Positions 41,299 through 55,171 of a stretch of DNA of 64,000 bases are shown piece after piece. The first letter of the stretch is position 1; each line of letters begins with the position of its first letter. Under the pieces are notes generated by a model. It was not told where the DNA came from, ran no database searches, and saw only the letters and a program-made list of their open reading frames with translations. The translations under genes and the position numbers were made by a program. The DNA is from Eledone cirrhosa (Eukaryota), in NCBI GenBank assembly GCA_964016885.1, contig OZ024743.1, positions 80,972,001-81,036,000 on the forward strand, given 5' to 3'.

Positions 41299-43315
41299 TA
41301 TTTCAGGGAGACAGTCTCTCTGTGATATTATTCATCCTGTCATTAAACCCCTTGTCCTTTCTGCTCAAGAAATGTGAAGGATACATCATTGGCTCACAAG
41401 AAGACAGAAATACGAACCTAACCCATAATTTCTTTGCGGACGATCTGAAACTCTATGCCAAGAAAATGGATGGGATGAAGAAAAATCTTGACCTGGTTAC
41501 GTTCTCAAAGGATATAGGAATGGAGTTTGGCCAAGATAAATGCTCATATATGACTAAAGCGGGGAAAAACAACAACCCAATCTAGCAATATTGTTATCAA
41601 TGGCCTAAATGTTTCACCGATATCTGATGAGGACTGCTACAGATACCTGGGGATAGATGAAAACACATTCTATAATGGTATCTATAATAACGAACGAGTA
41701 ACCAGGGAACACTACACCCGATTAAGAAAGATCTGGTCATCGGAACTCTCTGCGCAAAACAAAACAGTGGCTCAAAATGTGTTTGCTGTGCCTGTCCTAA
41801 CACCAACGTTTGGAATACTCAATTGGACGATAGACGAAATCCGAGCAATTGATGTTAGAACTCGAAAAATACTGAACAACACCGGAAACTTCCACTTCAA
41901 CAGTGACATAGACCGCCTTTACTTGAAACGTAAGCAGGGAGGCAGAGGCCTAACATCAGTCCAGACAACATTTGAATGTCGTATCATATCTCTCCGACAA
42001 AATCTACGAACGTCGAGGCGTAGTAACGCGTCTCTCGAGCAAGTCTATCTGCATGAAACAGATAAGATCATGAGAGTTGGGAAGGAACTCCTCCAGAGAT
42101 GTTCCCTGTGTGCTAATCAAAAATTCACACCCAGGGAAGTCGCTCAGCAGTATCGCAGTGAATCCATGGATGAAAAACTGGATGCTTATCAGCAAAAAAT
42201 CATGCATGGATATGTTGCCAGGAAGCTCCAGAATGAGAGTAATATAGATCCGGAAAGTAGTTTATTTTGGACCAACAACCGCTATTTGGCTCCCACTTTG
42301 AAGGATACGCTTTTGCAATCCAAGAACAGGAGATTAACACGAAATACCTGATTCACAAAAGAGATAGGGATGCAGGCAAAACACCTAGATGTGATAACAA
42401 GTGCAGACTCTGCAGAATTAACATCGAGGATATCACCCATGTCATCAGCAGTTGTCCAAAGATGTCATCGCGGTACTATCTACCTATGAGGCATGATGTA
42501 GTGGCCAAAGCACTGAACAATGCAGTTTGTAAAAAAGATAGCCCCGATAATAAACACATTAAAAGCTACAGCAATATGGAAGACATCCATATACATAATA
42601 TGAAAGAGTACTGGTGGAATGTTCCAGTAAAAACCCCAATAAAATGCAGGCATAACAGACCAGATATAATGATATGGGTCAGGGGAAAGAAAGCATGCAC
42701 AGTAGTGGAAATTAGCTTCCCAGCAGATGCCAATATAATATCATAGTTTAGCGAAAAGGAGGATATTTATGCAGAACTGCTGAGAAATCTGCAGATATTC
42801 CAACTTGATTACACCTTCAGATTTATGCCTGTGATTATTGGGGCACTGGGGTGTTTTGCCTGCATCCCATACTTACATATATACACACAGATATACATAT
42901 ATACGTACATACAAACATACATACATATACATGTGATTATCGGGGCACTGGGGTATGTTAGTAACTGCCTCAATACAAATCTTGAGAAGCTTGGCTTCAG
43001 AGGAACAGAAAGAACACAACTAGTTAGGAAATTACAAGTACAATCAATTAATGGAACAGTAAAAATATGTAAAACATTCCAAACATTTTGCATCTAATAA
43101 CTGCATATACACATGTACAGATACACATGCACACATACAACTCAAAACATCCACATCCACACATACAATAAAATCCTATCTACACATGCATGCATGCATA
43201 TATAATCTACCTAGTTGATGTTGTGTAAATTCCAATGAGAGAATCTTGTGTCTATGTTAGAAACCGACTCTCTCTCTATTGGGAAAAAATTTGTAAAATT
43301 ATATAACCAGAAGAA
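41299..43315 (+). mobile_element. R4/Dong-clade retrotransposon, copy 3 (5'-truncated within RT)
   Basis: Begins at the FQG(D)SLS motif, includes FADDLKLY, CCHC, RLE and the same 3' UTR ending ccagaagaa-catac. Confidence 0.92.
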
Positions 43316-44256
43316 CATACAAGCATATATACATAAATTATGAGCAGCTGTCCAAATAAGGTCTGCAAGTTATTACCTTCTCATGAAAGCTGCCACAGGC
43401 CAACTATTCCCATTGCTATCCACAGTAAAATATTGCTCTGCTGGTCAAACCTAAATCCCTCCTCAACGACAATGTATCCACGACGTTAAAAACAAGCAAT
43501 GGTGGAACTTCCCAATAAAAACAGCAATCCAGTAAAAACTCAACAGGCCAAATATCAAACACTGAACACATTTCATGGACAGTTATAGAGATCAGCTGTC
43601 CAGCATATGTGAATGAATCGTCCAAATTTGAAGAAAAGGAAAGTAACTATAGTGAGCTAATGTGAAACTTAAAAGGTTTTTTTTTTTATCTCTTTTATAG
43701 TTTTTCACGTTTTATAGTTTTAACTGATCTGGGTTATATGTTGTTACAAATTTGAACAAAGTGTGGAAATGCTGGGGATTTCCAAGATAAAATTAATCAA
43801 ATTCATCCCATCTTTCATCTGTATCCCAGCTCAAAAGAAGAAACCCTGAGGTCACTCTCTAACATTAACATGTTGGTGATTTAGTGTAAGGGTTAGCGCA
43901 GTAAAACTATATATTGAAAGTGTGTTTCTAGTCCTACAGGCAGTGGCTGTCTCCTGGTTTCATATGCCTAAATTATCAGACTATTTTCACAGCCAGAAAA
44001 CGTTGATGCTTCTAACTTTTAAATTCAATATTTCCTATCACTCAACGGTTCATAAATAGTTTATTTATATACGTACGGCTTCATTAAAAAGGCTAAATAT
44101 AGGAGATAAATATGTCGGTAGAGCTTTAGTGTAATGGTTAGCATGGCGAATCAGTATATTTCTTCCGTCTCCGGGGGTGTATATGTTGAAATAACTAATT
44201 TTTATAGTCAGACAACATTGATATTTGCAACATAAAATTTAAAACAGACACATTCA

Positions 44257-44330
<74 letters not shown>

Positions 44331-44420
44331 TATATATATATATATATATATTATGAAGAGAGAAGAAACATTTAGATATAATTAGTAATAAAATGTATCA
44401 TACCTAAACTGTTCCTAAAT

Positions 44421-44508
44421 TCCTCGACTACGTAGTTTCGTGGCATAAACAAAAACAATATATCAAAGATATAGAGTCCTTGCGAGGTCTGCCGACTTAT
44501 CAAGAGGA
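44421..44508 (-). ncRNA. Type I hammerhead with U3-A8 core, palindromic stem III and long stem-II loop
   Basis: UCCUC-UUGAUAA-GUcGGCA-(~45 nt)-UGCCAC-GAAA-CUACGUAG-UC-GAGGA; related partial copy at 28860-29010. Confidence 0.8.
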
Positions 44509-44580
44509 TACCTCATTTTACTAGTCTCAAGAACGCGTCTACACGACGTGAGAAAGAATCCCAAAAGTGTGTGTGTGTGC

Positions 44581-44630
<50 letters not shown>

Positions 44631-44631
44631 G

Positions 44632-44666
<35 letters not shown>

Positions 44667-45029
44667 GTATATGTGTGTGTGTGTATATATTTATATATAT
44701 TTGCATATATATGTGTGTGTGTGCGTGTGTAATCTGAGTTTTTCGAATATTAATAATAATATTCGATTCGTTTGCAATTATGCAAACAAGCCTCTTTTTA
44801 AAGCCATGTCAGTAGAATGGGTCCTTCATTCTTGCTCTTGTATTGGCATGTAAACACAACTGCAGACACGAATGTTTCTGGGGGACTACATCAGTGCAGT
44901 TCACCGTTGACCTAACAGATGTCAGAGCTAGTGAAAATATATGATACTTTCCAAAATATACAGTGACTGATCAGCCTGATTTGGATATTAGCAGACAGGC
45001 TGATCAGTCAGATCTGCATATTAGCAGAT

Positions 45030-46300
45030 CCACTGATCAGCCAGTCTCTGTGTTTTGTCTTCTTAAGACCAAGTACATCAGCCTCAACACTGTAAACCTG
45101 TTTTAAACTGTTCCCAAGTTCCATTAAAGACGACGTTGTCAAGTTCATTTGAAGAGCATCTAGTATTTCTACACTTTGCAATTTTAACACATCTACACGT
45201 TCTGGCGTTTGTACCCCTGCTGCTCTCAATGTTCTCATCGCAACCTTCATCTTGCCATGCATAAGTTTGTGATCTGTACTACATTCTGCACCATGCATTA
45301 CTCTGACAGAGCAGATATCCTGGAGGTCTCTCTTCCTAGTGATGATGTAATCCAATATGTGTCCATGTTTCGATTTTGGATGTATCCACGTTGCCTTGTG
45401 GAAATCCTTTTACTGAAGAAATGTGTAAAATGCAACCAACTGAAACTCAGTGGATAATTGCAGAAGGAGAAGACCATTGGCATTCATCTTGTCCATGGCG
45501 TGACGTCCTGAAACATTCCAGATGTGGTCGTCCTTTCCCACATGTGCATTAAAATCTCCAAGAAGCAAGATCTTATCTGAATATGGAATTGATGTTATAC
45601 ACCTTCGTAAATCTTGGTAAAAAGCCATGATTGATTCTTGGCTACCCTGCAGGACAGTCCTGAAACATCCCTAGAAAGAGGAACTCTTAACCTCATGATA
45701 CGATCCCTAATGCTTTGTGGTTTATCCAGTTGTTTTGTGATCTCATCCTTTCCTTTTCTCCCCATTTGGTTTTCCTTTCCAGAAGAACGTATAGCCAGCA
45801 CTCCTCTCTGATATATGACCTTCTCCACTAAGACAGCTTTCAGTGTGTGCAGCTATATCAATAATATATCTGCTCAACTCTCTGCTAACAATAGCAGTCC
45901 TACGTTCTGGATTGGTTGATGGTTCCCTGTCAACAAGTGTTCCTATGTTCCACGTCACAACATTCAGTGCTATTCTATTATTTTTGGAAATTATTATTAT
46001 TTTTCTCCTATCTCCTGCGGGTATGAACAGCCGTCAGCCGCAGGTTGCTGACCAGCTTGATGGTGGAACAGACAATGTTTGGGTCACCCTTTCTAGACCT
46101 CTCCCAAGATTTGGGTGAGCAGTGTTCTCCTTGGAAAGGGCTGCTCAGTCACCAAAAAACTCCGCCCAAGCCAATTCCTATTCTGAAAACTGGCAACGAC
46201 GTTAGATAAGCCTTAAGCCGCCTGTGTGCAGATTATCAACTGTATACCTCTAACTATTTAGGTCTGTACATGTCACTGCTTCCCCCATCACCACAGGGCT
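45030..46300 (-). mobile_element. Decayed RTE-clade LINE 5' part (APE endonuclease)
   Basis: TWNIGTL..RRTAIVSRELSRY.IDIAA.TE, GYTFFWKGK, LLGDFNAHVG, NANGLLLL, DYII, STDH motifs. Confidence 0.85.
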
Positions 46301-46838
46301 TAGAAGAGATATCTGTACAAGAAGATCATAGCAGGATGTACTTGTGTGATATATATGATGCTCTCTAAGTATCAACAGCCAGAATCCGATGACAAACAGA
46401 TGGAAGATGATCGGTAGCTGTATCAACCGCAGGTATTTCAGTGCCCTTCTCTCAAAGAGAAAAAAAAAGGCTTTCCCAGATAAATAATTTGGTAAAAATG
46501 TATTTTAAAAGTTTAAAAGTTAGAAGTTAAAAGTTTGAAGTTTTAAAGTTTAAAGAAAAAAAATATATATAAATAGAATAAAATTATAATACACATTCAC
46601 ACGTAAATAATTCCACCCCCTCCCTACACAGTATATACATATATACAAGGTTAGATGGCTGTTCACTCTCCTGCGTTCCTCCGTCTTTGGTCATGTCTTC
46701 TTTTTCATTCCACAGGGTATCCAATCACCCTCCTCACCAAACAAGCTTGGTGGGTTGCCAGTTGAGTCGCCGACGACCCGACCATGTAACAGATTGTACT
46801 GGATTACATGTTACCAGTAGCACCCAAGAGCGACCTGA

Positions 46839-46904
<66 letters not shown>

Positions 46905-46907
<3 letters not shown>

Positions 46908-47022
46908 CTGCCCGCCCAGCTAGTGGGATGGCGTTATCTTATGGCTAAAACAGCACTACGTGCTGTGACCAGCGGCGCCGATTGGCGCCCGACACACTGA
47001 TCGGTCAAGGTGATCAAGGTGA
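46905..47022 (+). mobile_element. 3' fragment of the second SINE family
   Basis: Reverse complement of 17386-17505. Confidence 0.75.
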
Positions 47023-48451
47023 TATATATATTAGAATTGGTGCTCTGAAATACCGATATATATATGAATGTATATATAGTATATTTGGTAATACACTGTA
47101 TGCTTAATTAAAAGCATTTTGAAGACCTTACGCTATTGTTTTAAAGTAGTGACTATGTCACTTCTTTTTTCAACAAACAAAGGAAGATAAGCTGACAGAT
47201 CTGTTTCATACTGTTGGTAATCATCAGAGCTTAACACTCGCTTTGTCTGTTGAAAATTATACATAAACGCATACATATACACACACTCACATAGACACAC
47301 ACACACACATATTACACATTTTTCGTATACATACATAGATATATACAATGATATTAAATAAATGGAAACTATATTTATAAAACCATATTTATTCTGTTAT
47401 ATATATTTTAAGGGTACCAAAACTTTGGTACGCCCTCATCAGAAAAAATACAAAGTTTGTTTTATAAATATTGACATAACCAAGAAAAATACCTTAACGG
47501 CTCAAGTTTTTCCTGCATAGTGAAGGAAAAGAGAAGAAAAGTAAGATATTTCAAATTATTAAAACGAGTATGCAAATGAGGTTGAGGTATAGGGCTGAAA
47601 AAACGTTATTTTTAGACGCTATGCAGAATTTAAATAATTAGGATATATGTATGTATGGGTAGGAAGAAGAAAAAAGAAAGAAGAGCTTGTATTTACGTTA
47701 ATTTAAAAGGAATTAATAATTTGCAGGAATGGTGGAATATGATTCCAGAATTTAAAATTTATTTAACTATATTATGAGTTATAATATTGTAGTTTGACAG
47801 TTTGATTTAATCAAATATATTATATGAAGAATTATGGTTGTAAGTACATTTTATCTTATTACATTACAAGAGGTTGTAAGTATATAAATAACTATATAGA
47901 TTAATAATTGTACATGTATAAGTATTATAGAAATAGAAATAAGTCAAAATTATTAGTTGTTTACATTTCTCATATGAGTTACGAAGGATGTTGATTCTGC
48001 ATTTTACATAAAAAAAACATGTAGTTCAAGTTGTAGGAGGAGAACAATTTATAGATTCAAATATTTTGTTCCAACATTGAAAATGTTTTCAGAATATTGT
48101 TAATGTAGCGAAGGTATATAGTTTATCATACATGTTATGTTATAATGTTTATGTTTGCACGATTGAAAAGGAAAAGATGACTCCAATCTTGTTTGCTAAC
48201 CGTTAAATTTGATGAATGATTTACTCAGAAAATATATAGAGAAAATTATATATTATTTTGTGTTAGATTAATTTCAATTATATATTATTTTAGTCGAAAG
48301 ATGTGTGAAAGTTTGAAGATCAAAGAAGAGGAAAAAAGTATTGTGCATTTCGAAGAACTATCGTAAAGAGGATAACTTTCAGAATGTCAATTAACGATTA
48401 TCAATCTACATCTACAAAAAAAATATATTTAGAGGGGTATCATTAAGAAAA

Positions 48452-48628
48452 TAATTGTTTCTACTTTTGGCACAAAGCCAGCAATTACTGGTACTTTATT
48501 TTATCGACCTCTTAAGGATGAAAGGCAAAGTTAACCTCGGCGGGATTTGAACTCAGAATGGCAAGGGCCGTAACTCAATGCGTCAAAGCATGGGCGTCCG
48601 ACCCTCTACCGATACTGCCAATCCACCG
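48452..48628 (-). mobile_element. tRNA-derived SINE nested in the Penelope remnant
   Basis: Same family as 24960. Confidence 0.85.
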
Positions 48629-48737
48629 AACAATGTCAAATGGTAAAAATAGTAAAAATATTTAAAATATTAAAAATTAAGAAGGAAAATCATTAAAGAA
48701 ATTTAAATTAAAATTTTTAAAGAAAATACTCAGTAAA

Positions 48738-48924
48738 TAATTGTTTCTACTTTAGGCACAAGGCCAGCAATTACCCAGTGCATTACTGGTACTTTATTTT
48801 ATCGACCCCGTAAGGATGAAAGGCAAAGTCAACCTCGGCGGGATTTGAACTCAGTTCGTTAAGGGACGTAACACGCTGGCAAGCATGGCGTCCAACCCTC
48901 TACCGATACTGCCAATCCACCGCC
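48738..48924 (-). mobile_element. tRNA-derived SINE with TSD ctcagtaaataat
   Basis: Same family; 13-bp duplication on both sides. Confidence 0.88.
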
Positions 48925-49739
48925 CTCAGTAAATAATAAGATCATTTTAAAGGTGTATACGATATAGTCAAGTGTAATGAATATCATAAATTAAAAATAC
49001 TTCTGAAAGTGGAATTTTGGCGATGTCTGCAACTAGAAAATAATTCTGTTTTAAGATTAATAGAGTTTTGACAGTTAATTATATAAAAATTTCCTCGATA
49101 CACAAGTTACAGAATCTTGAGAAAGCCATATTTCGGTATGCAGGTGCTTTCGAAATCGTTTCCCAGGATATTGAATAGTCTATATTGTTGTCTTTTAAAT
49201 TCCAAATTAAATGTGAAAATGAAGTGGAAGATTTTTTTATCGGATCTAGTAAATGTGTTTTTATGGTTATAACAGCGTTCTTTGAATTGTGTAGAAGTGG
49301 CACCAATATAGTTAAATATTTTGTCTCTAGTTTTAACTGTGCATTTAAAATTACGTTTTTGTCTAAGCAATTATTTTGTAACGGAAAGTTTGATTTAATT
49401 GTACAGTTACATTTTCTGGAGTTGTTGTTATTCGGAACGGTAGTATATATATATCTATTAGAAAAGAGAAGTGAGGTTCTATACAAAACAGTGGATATAG
49501 AGAAAAGATGAAGTTGGTAATAGCACGGGAGATATATTTAAGGGTCTGTTTATTTTTTTGATTCGTCAAAGTGACATTATTGAAATATAAAATAAAAATA
49601 TATATAATATAGAGGTTTACATATACATAAACTAGACAGAGCCGTAGATATATATATATATGTGTGTTTTTGGCAACCATTCACGGTGTGGCTCAATGAC
49701 GAATTAATTCATTAAATAATCAACAATCAGAGCAATATA

Positions 49740-50758
49740 TAAGAAAGTAAGTCCATAGAATCATTTGATAAAATATATACACTATTTCATCTCCCAATCA
49801 GCATAATCAACCACATAAAAAATCAATTAAACGAGGCTATAAGTTTAAAATGTACCTATGAAGAAACAATAGATAAATAAATGATAGCTATTTGATCCAC
49901 GATCCACTGCCACAGAAGATTTACCATAGTATTTCTAATAGCCCGTAGAAATTGACTAGACATATAGTTAACCATACACAATTAGGTACGAAATCAAAGT
50001 TAGAAGAAAAAAATGTACATAAACATACCAAAATCCTGTTTCTACCCCCGGGGGTTTCATTCGTTTTTTGGAAATATCCGATCATGGATAAATCAACGAG
50101 TTTCCAAATCATCAGGAAACAAACTCAATTGGACAAAGATTTTTCTTAAATGATCCCCGCCAGAAACGAATTCAAAATGGCTAAGAATTATCACATAACC
50201 AGTTGTCAAGTCAGAAAGCTTGTGATTGGTGCCTACGGCGAGTAGGCTGGTTGCTCGCCGTAGTCACCAATCACAAGCTTTCTGACTTGACCACTGGCCA
50301 TCTGACAATTCTTAGCCATTTTGAATTCGTTTCTGGCGGGGATCATTTAAGAAAAATCTTTGTCCAATTGAGTTTGTTTCCTGATGATTTGGAAATTCGT
50401 TGATTTATCCATGATCGGATATTTCCAAAAAGCGAATAAATCCTCCGGGGGTAGAAACAGGATTTTGGTATGTTTATATACATTTTTCCTTCTAACTTTG
50501 ATTTCGTACCCAATTGTGCATGGTTAACTATATGTCTAGTCAATTTCTACGGGCTATTAGAAATACTAGGTAAATCTTCTGTGGCTGTAGATCTCGGATA
50601 AAATAGCTATCATTTATTTATCTATTGTTTCTTCATAGGTACATTTTAAACTTATAGCCTCGTTGAATTGATTTTTTATGTGTGTGGTTGATTATGCTGA
50701 TTGGGAGAAGAAATACTGTATATATTTTATCAAATGATTCTATGGACTTACTTTCTTA
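49740..50758. mobile_element. ~1-kb foldback element (~500-bp inverted arms, short loop)
   Basis: taagaaagtaagtccatagaatc...gattctatggacttactttctta; centre ctacggcgag-taggctggttg-ctcgccgtag. Confidence 0.85.
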
Positions 50759-50777
50759 CTTTCTATATATATATATA

Positions 50778-50943
50778 TAACGAAGGAAATGTGGCAAGGA
50801 ACCAGATGGACCATAACGCACCAAAGTACTCAATACTTAGGTGAGTAGAGTGGGTAATAGGAACGACGGCTGAGCATTTTCATTTAGTCCAGAATTAGCC
50901 GTCGAAACGGCTTGAGCTCAGCCGTCGGGGTCCTACTCGTTCC

Positions 50944-50945
<2 letters not shown>
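50778..50945 (-). mobile_element. Family B hairpin element, internally deleted
   Basis: Reverse tail plus one complete arm. Confidence 0.8.
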
Positions 50946-51008
<63 letters not shown>

Positions 51009-51201
51009 TCAACCTGTTAGTTCTTTCGTTACTTTGGCATTGTGTGTTAGATTTTGCTTACCACAATGTTCAATTTGTCAAGCTATTTAGACGTATGTTA
51101 TTACTCTATGGACCTACCTTGTCGAGTGCTTTGCTAACTCATTCATATAGTAGGCCGAATTTGCTTATACACCGCCAGAGATTCGATTTTACTAAGCATC
51201 C

Positions 51202-51245
<44 letters not shown>

Positions 51246-51273
51246 ATATATATTTTCAATAATCTCACTATAT

Positions 51274-51403
51274 ATAGCCGTCGAAACGGCTTAAGCTCGG
51301 CCGTCGCGGTAATACTTTTTCCTATTACCCACTCTACTACCCTAAGTATTGAGTACTTTGGTGCGTTATGGTCCATCCGGTTCCTTACCACATTTCCTTT
51401 GTT
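51274..51403 (+). mobile_element. Family B element, right arm plus tail only
   Basis: atagccgtcgaaacggc...gccgtc plus tail. Confidence 0.8.
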
Positions 51404-51467
51404 ATATATATATATACATATATATATACTACAGACAGAAATCCATGTGGAATGTATATATGTGTAT

Positions 51468-51510
<43 letters not shown>

Positions 51511-51560
51511 CGCACATATATAACTACTAGAGAGAGAGAGATCCATGTGTTATGTATATA

Positions 51561-51596
<36 letters not shown>

Positions 51597-51913
51597 CACA
51601 TATGTGTATATGGTGTTAACACGTTATCTCAATGCAGCTGCCACAAGCATTATCCGTTCAAAGTGACACCTTCGCTCTCTAAAAACACTGAAGTAACTAA
51701 GGTGAAAGGTTAAATGAAAGTTGACCTCTCTGTACTCACATGACAATGTATTAACATTGACCTATCTATGATCGTCAAGGAGGGGAGGAGGCGTATATTT
51801 GGAGAGGTCATACAGGTTATCTATTATTCACTGGCATTGGTGCTCTCCCCCACCTCACAGTTCTACAATATCACACCACACACATACTCATATGAATATA
51901 CATACAGTATATA

Positions 51914-52022
<109 letters not shown>

Positions 52023-52121
52023 CTGTGTGTACTTACACACATATATATATATATAGCCAAACAACTATATGTACATATGACATACATCTATATAAACACT
52101 CTCGTGTATTCTATATGTCAA

Positions 52122-52310
52122 TTAATAATTTCTACATTTGGCACAAGGCCAGCAATTGCCAGTGTATTACTGGTACTTTATTTTATCGACCCCGTAAGGA
52201 TGAAAGGCAAAGTTAACCTCGGCGGGATTTGAACCCATATCATAAAGGGCCGTAACTCTATGCTGTAAATCATGGTGTCCGACCCTCTACTGACACTGCC
52301 AATCCACCGC
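52122..52310 (-). mobile_element. tRNA-derived SINE
   Basis: Same family as 24960. Confidence 0.85.
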
Positions 52311-52529
52311 GAGTTATCTACCCTGCCTCACCTATTAAAACTGTATCCTGCCTCACGATGTCGCTTGTTGTTCTATCACGTGAAATTGTGGGTCTCACAC
52401 ACTTCCTTTTCAACATTCTGGTGGGGTGATGTTGGTGGTGATAAAATATAGTACCAGTTAACTACTGTGTCGATTTAATCACCTTTGCCCTGTCATCAAA
52501 CATTGCAGGCCTTGTGTCTAAATCAGAAA

Positions 52530-52584
52530 TTACTACTACTACTACTGATACTACTACCACCACCACCACCACCACCACAATCAA

Positions 52585-52655
<71 letters not shown>

Positions 52656-52714
52656 TTACTACTACTACTACTACTATTACTACTACTACTACTACTACTA
52701 CCAACCACCACCAT

Positions 52715-52793
<79 letters not shown>

Positions 52794-52795
52794 AA

Positions 52796-52848
<53 letters not shown>
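52530..52848. repeat. (TAC)n-(TAA)n-(TAG)n compound microsatellite
   Basis: Visible; follows a SINE-like 3' end at 52430-52530. Confidence 0.9.
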
Positions 52849-53139
52849 AGTTTTTCTATTTTAGAAATAGACAAAAACACTTGTAGCGGGGAGAGGGTTT
52901 CGGTTAACCCTGCTTCAATTATTTACAGTAGGTAAAGGACCCTTAAATGCCGAAGGTGTTTAGTAGGGGGTGCTCCTGCGGCTCAGTACACCAGAATTCT
53001 CCACTGCTATGAACTCGACCCTAATCTGTCGGAGAGTGACCGATATTTGCAGAGTTTACCCTCCTCGGTCCGATGTGCAGCGGAGCTAGGATTTAGACAT
53101 TGACTGCACCAGGTTGTCACTGGAGAAATTCTGAGGGAG

Positions 53140-54870
53140 TCCTGTGACACAGTCTTGACATTGATGTCTTGTGTCACAGTCTTGACACTGATGTAGTCTT
53201 GTGACAAAGTCTAGATACTGATGGAGTATTGTACCACAGTCTTGACATTGTTGTCTTGTGACACAGTCTTGACATTGCTATCTTGTGACACCGTTTTGTC
53301 ACTGATGTAGTCTTGTGACACAGTCTTGATACCGATGTAGTCTTCTGACACCGTCTTGACATGCTGGAGTCTTGTGACACAGTCTTGACACTGATGGAGC
53401 CTTGTGACACACACTTGACATTGGTGGAGACTTGTGACACAGTATTGACATTGATAGAGTCTTGTAACACAGTCTTGATACCGATGTAGTCTTGTGACAC
53501 CGTCTTGGCATTGCTGGAGTATTGTGACACAGTCTTGACACTGATGGAGTCTTGTGACACAGACTTGATGTTGATGAAGTCTTGTGTCACAGTCTTGACA
53601 CTGATGGAGTCTTGTGACACATTCTTGACATTGTTGTCTTGTGTCACGGTCTTGACATTGTTGTCTTGTGACACAGTCTTGACATTGAATGAGCCTTGTG
53701 ACACAGCCTTGATATTGATAGTCTCGTGTCACAGTGTTGACACTGACTCAGTCTTGTGACACAGTCTTGACATTCATGGAGTCTGGTGACACAGTCTTGA
53801 CACTGATGGAGCCTTTTGACACACTCTTGACATTAATGGAGCCTTGTGACACAGTCTTGACACTGATGGAACCTTGTGTCACAGTCTTGAAATTGATGTC
53901 TTGTGACACAGTCTTGATACTGATGGAGTCGTGTGTCACAGTATTGACACTGATGGAGTCTTGTGACACAGTCTTGACACTGATGGAGCCTTGTGACACA
54001 CACTTGACATTGATGGAACCTTGTGACACAGTATTGACATTGATAGACTCTTGTGACACAGTCTTGACACTGATGGAGTCTTGTGACACAGTCTTGACAT
54101 TGATGTCTTGTGTCACAGTCTTGTCACTGATGGAGTCTTGTGACACAGTCTTGACATTGATGTATTGTTACACAGTCTTGTCACTGATGGAGCCTTGTGA
54201 CACACACTTGACATTGACGGAGCCTTGTGACAGTCTTGACACTGATGGAGTATTGTGTCACAGTCTTGGCATTGATGTTTGTGACTCAGTCTTGTCACTG
54301 ATGGAGTCTTGCGTCACAGTCTAGACACTAATGGAGTCTTGTGTCACAGTCTTGACATTAATGTCTTGTGTCACAGTCTTGACATAGCTGGATTCTTGTG
54401 ACCCAATCTTGACACTGATGGAGTCTTGTGTCACAGTCTTGACATTGGTCTCATGTGACACAGTCTTGACACTGATGGAGTCTTGTGTCACAGTATTGGC
54501 ATAGATGGAGTCTTGTGACACAATCTTGACACTGATGTAACCTTGTGACCCACACTTGACATTGATGGAGCCTTGTGACTCATTCTTGACACTGATGGAA
54601 CCTTGTGTCATAGTCTTGAAATTGATGTCTTGTGACACAGTATTGACACTGATGGTGCCTTGTGACACAGTCTTGACATTGATAAAGTCGTGTGTCACAG
54701 TCTTGACACTGATGGAGTCTTGTGACACAATCTTAACATTGATGGAGTCTTGTGACACAGTTTTGACACTGATGGAGCTTTGTGACACAGTCTTGACACT
54801 GATGGAGCCTTCTGTCACAGTCTTGTCACTAATGGAGTCTTGTGATACAGTGTTCACGTTGCTGTCTTGC
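53140..54870. repeat. 30/27-bp minisatellite (cacagtcttgacactgatggagtcttgtga)
   Basis: Roughly 55-60 tandem units. Confidence 0.92.
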
Positions 54871-54925
54871 ACATTTTATACATGGCTGATCATAGCTGAT
54901 TTCTTCAAGAGAGAGAGAGATAGAG

Positions 54926-55001
<76 letters not shown>

Positions 55002-55102
55002 AAGAGAGAAAGACAGAGAGATAGAGAGAAAGAAAGAAAGAGAGAGGGGGAAATAGTGTAAGAGAAAGCGAGAGAAAGCGAGGTGTGCGAGTGAAAGAAA
55101 AC

Positions 55103-55171
<69 letters not shown>

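Larger units (their letters stand above)
47350..49650 (-). mobile_element. Decayed Penelope-like element: GIY-YIG C-terminus (~49430-49000), AT-rich 3' region, pLTR with hammerhead (47390-47450)
   Basis: CNC.....PL..NCL.KNV / KCTV....NYIGAT..FKER.YNH..TF..STSFS..IW.LK.....ISW......Y......CNLCIEE...NLKTELFSSCRH; CTGATGA-GGGcGTACCAAA-gt-TTTGGTACCC-ttAAAA-tatatata. Confidence 0.8.

Noticed and set aside
53140-54870. CRISPR-like periodicity of ~30 bp
   Set aside because: Contiguous tandem units without unique spacers, no cas genes, eukaryotic context
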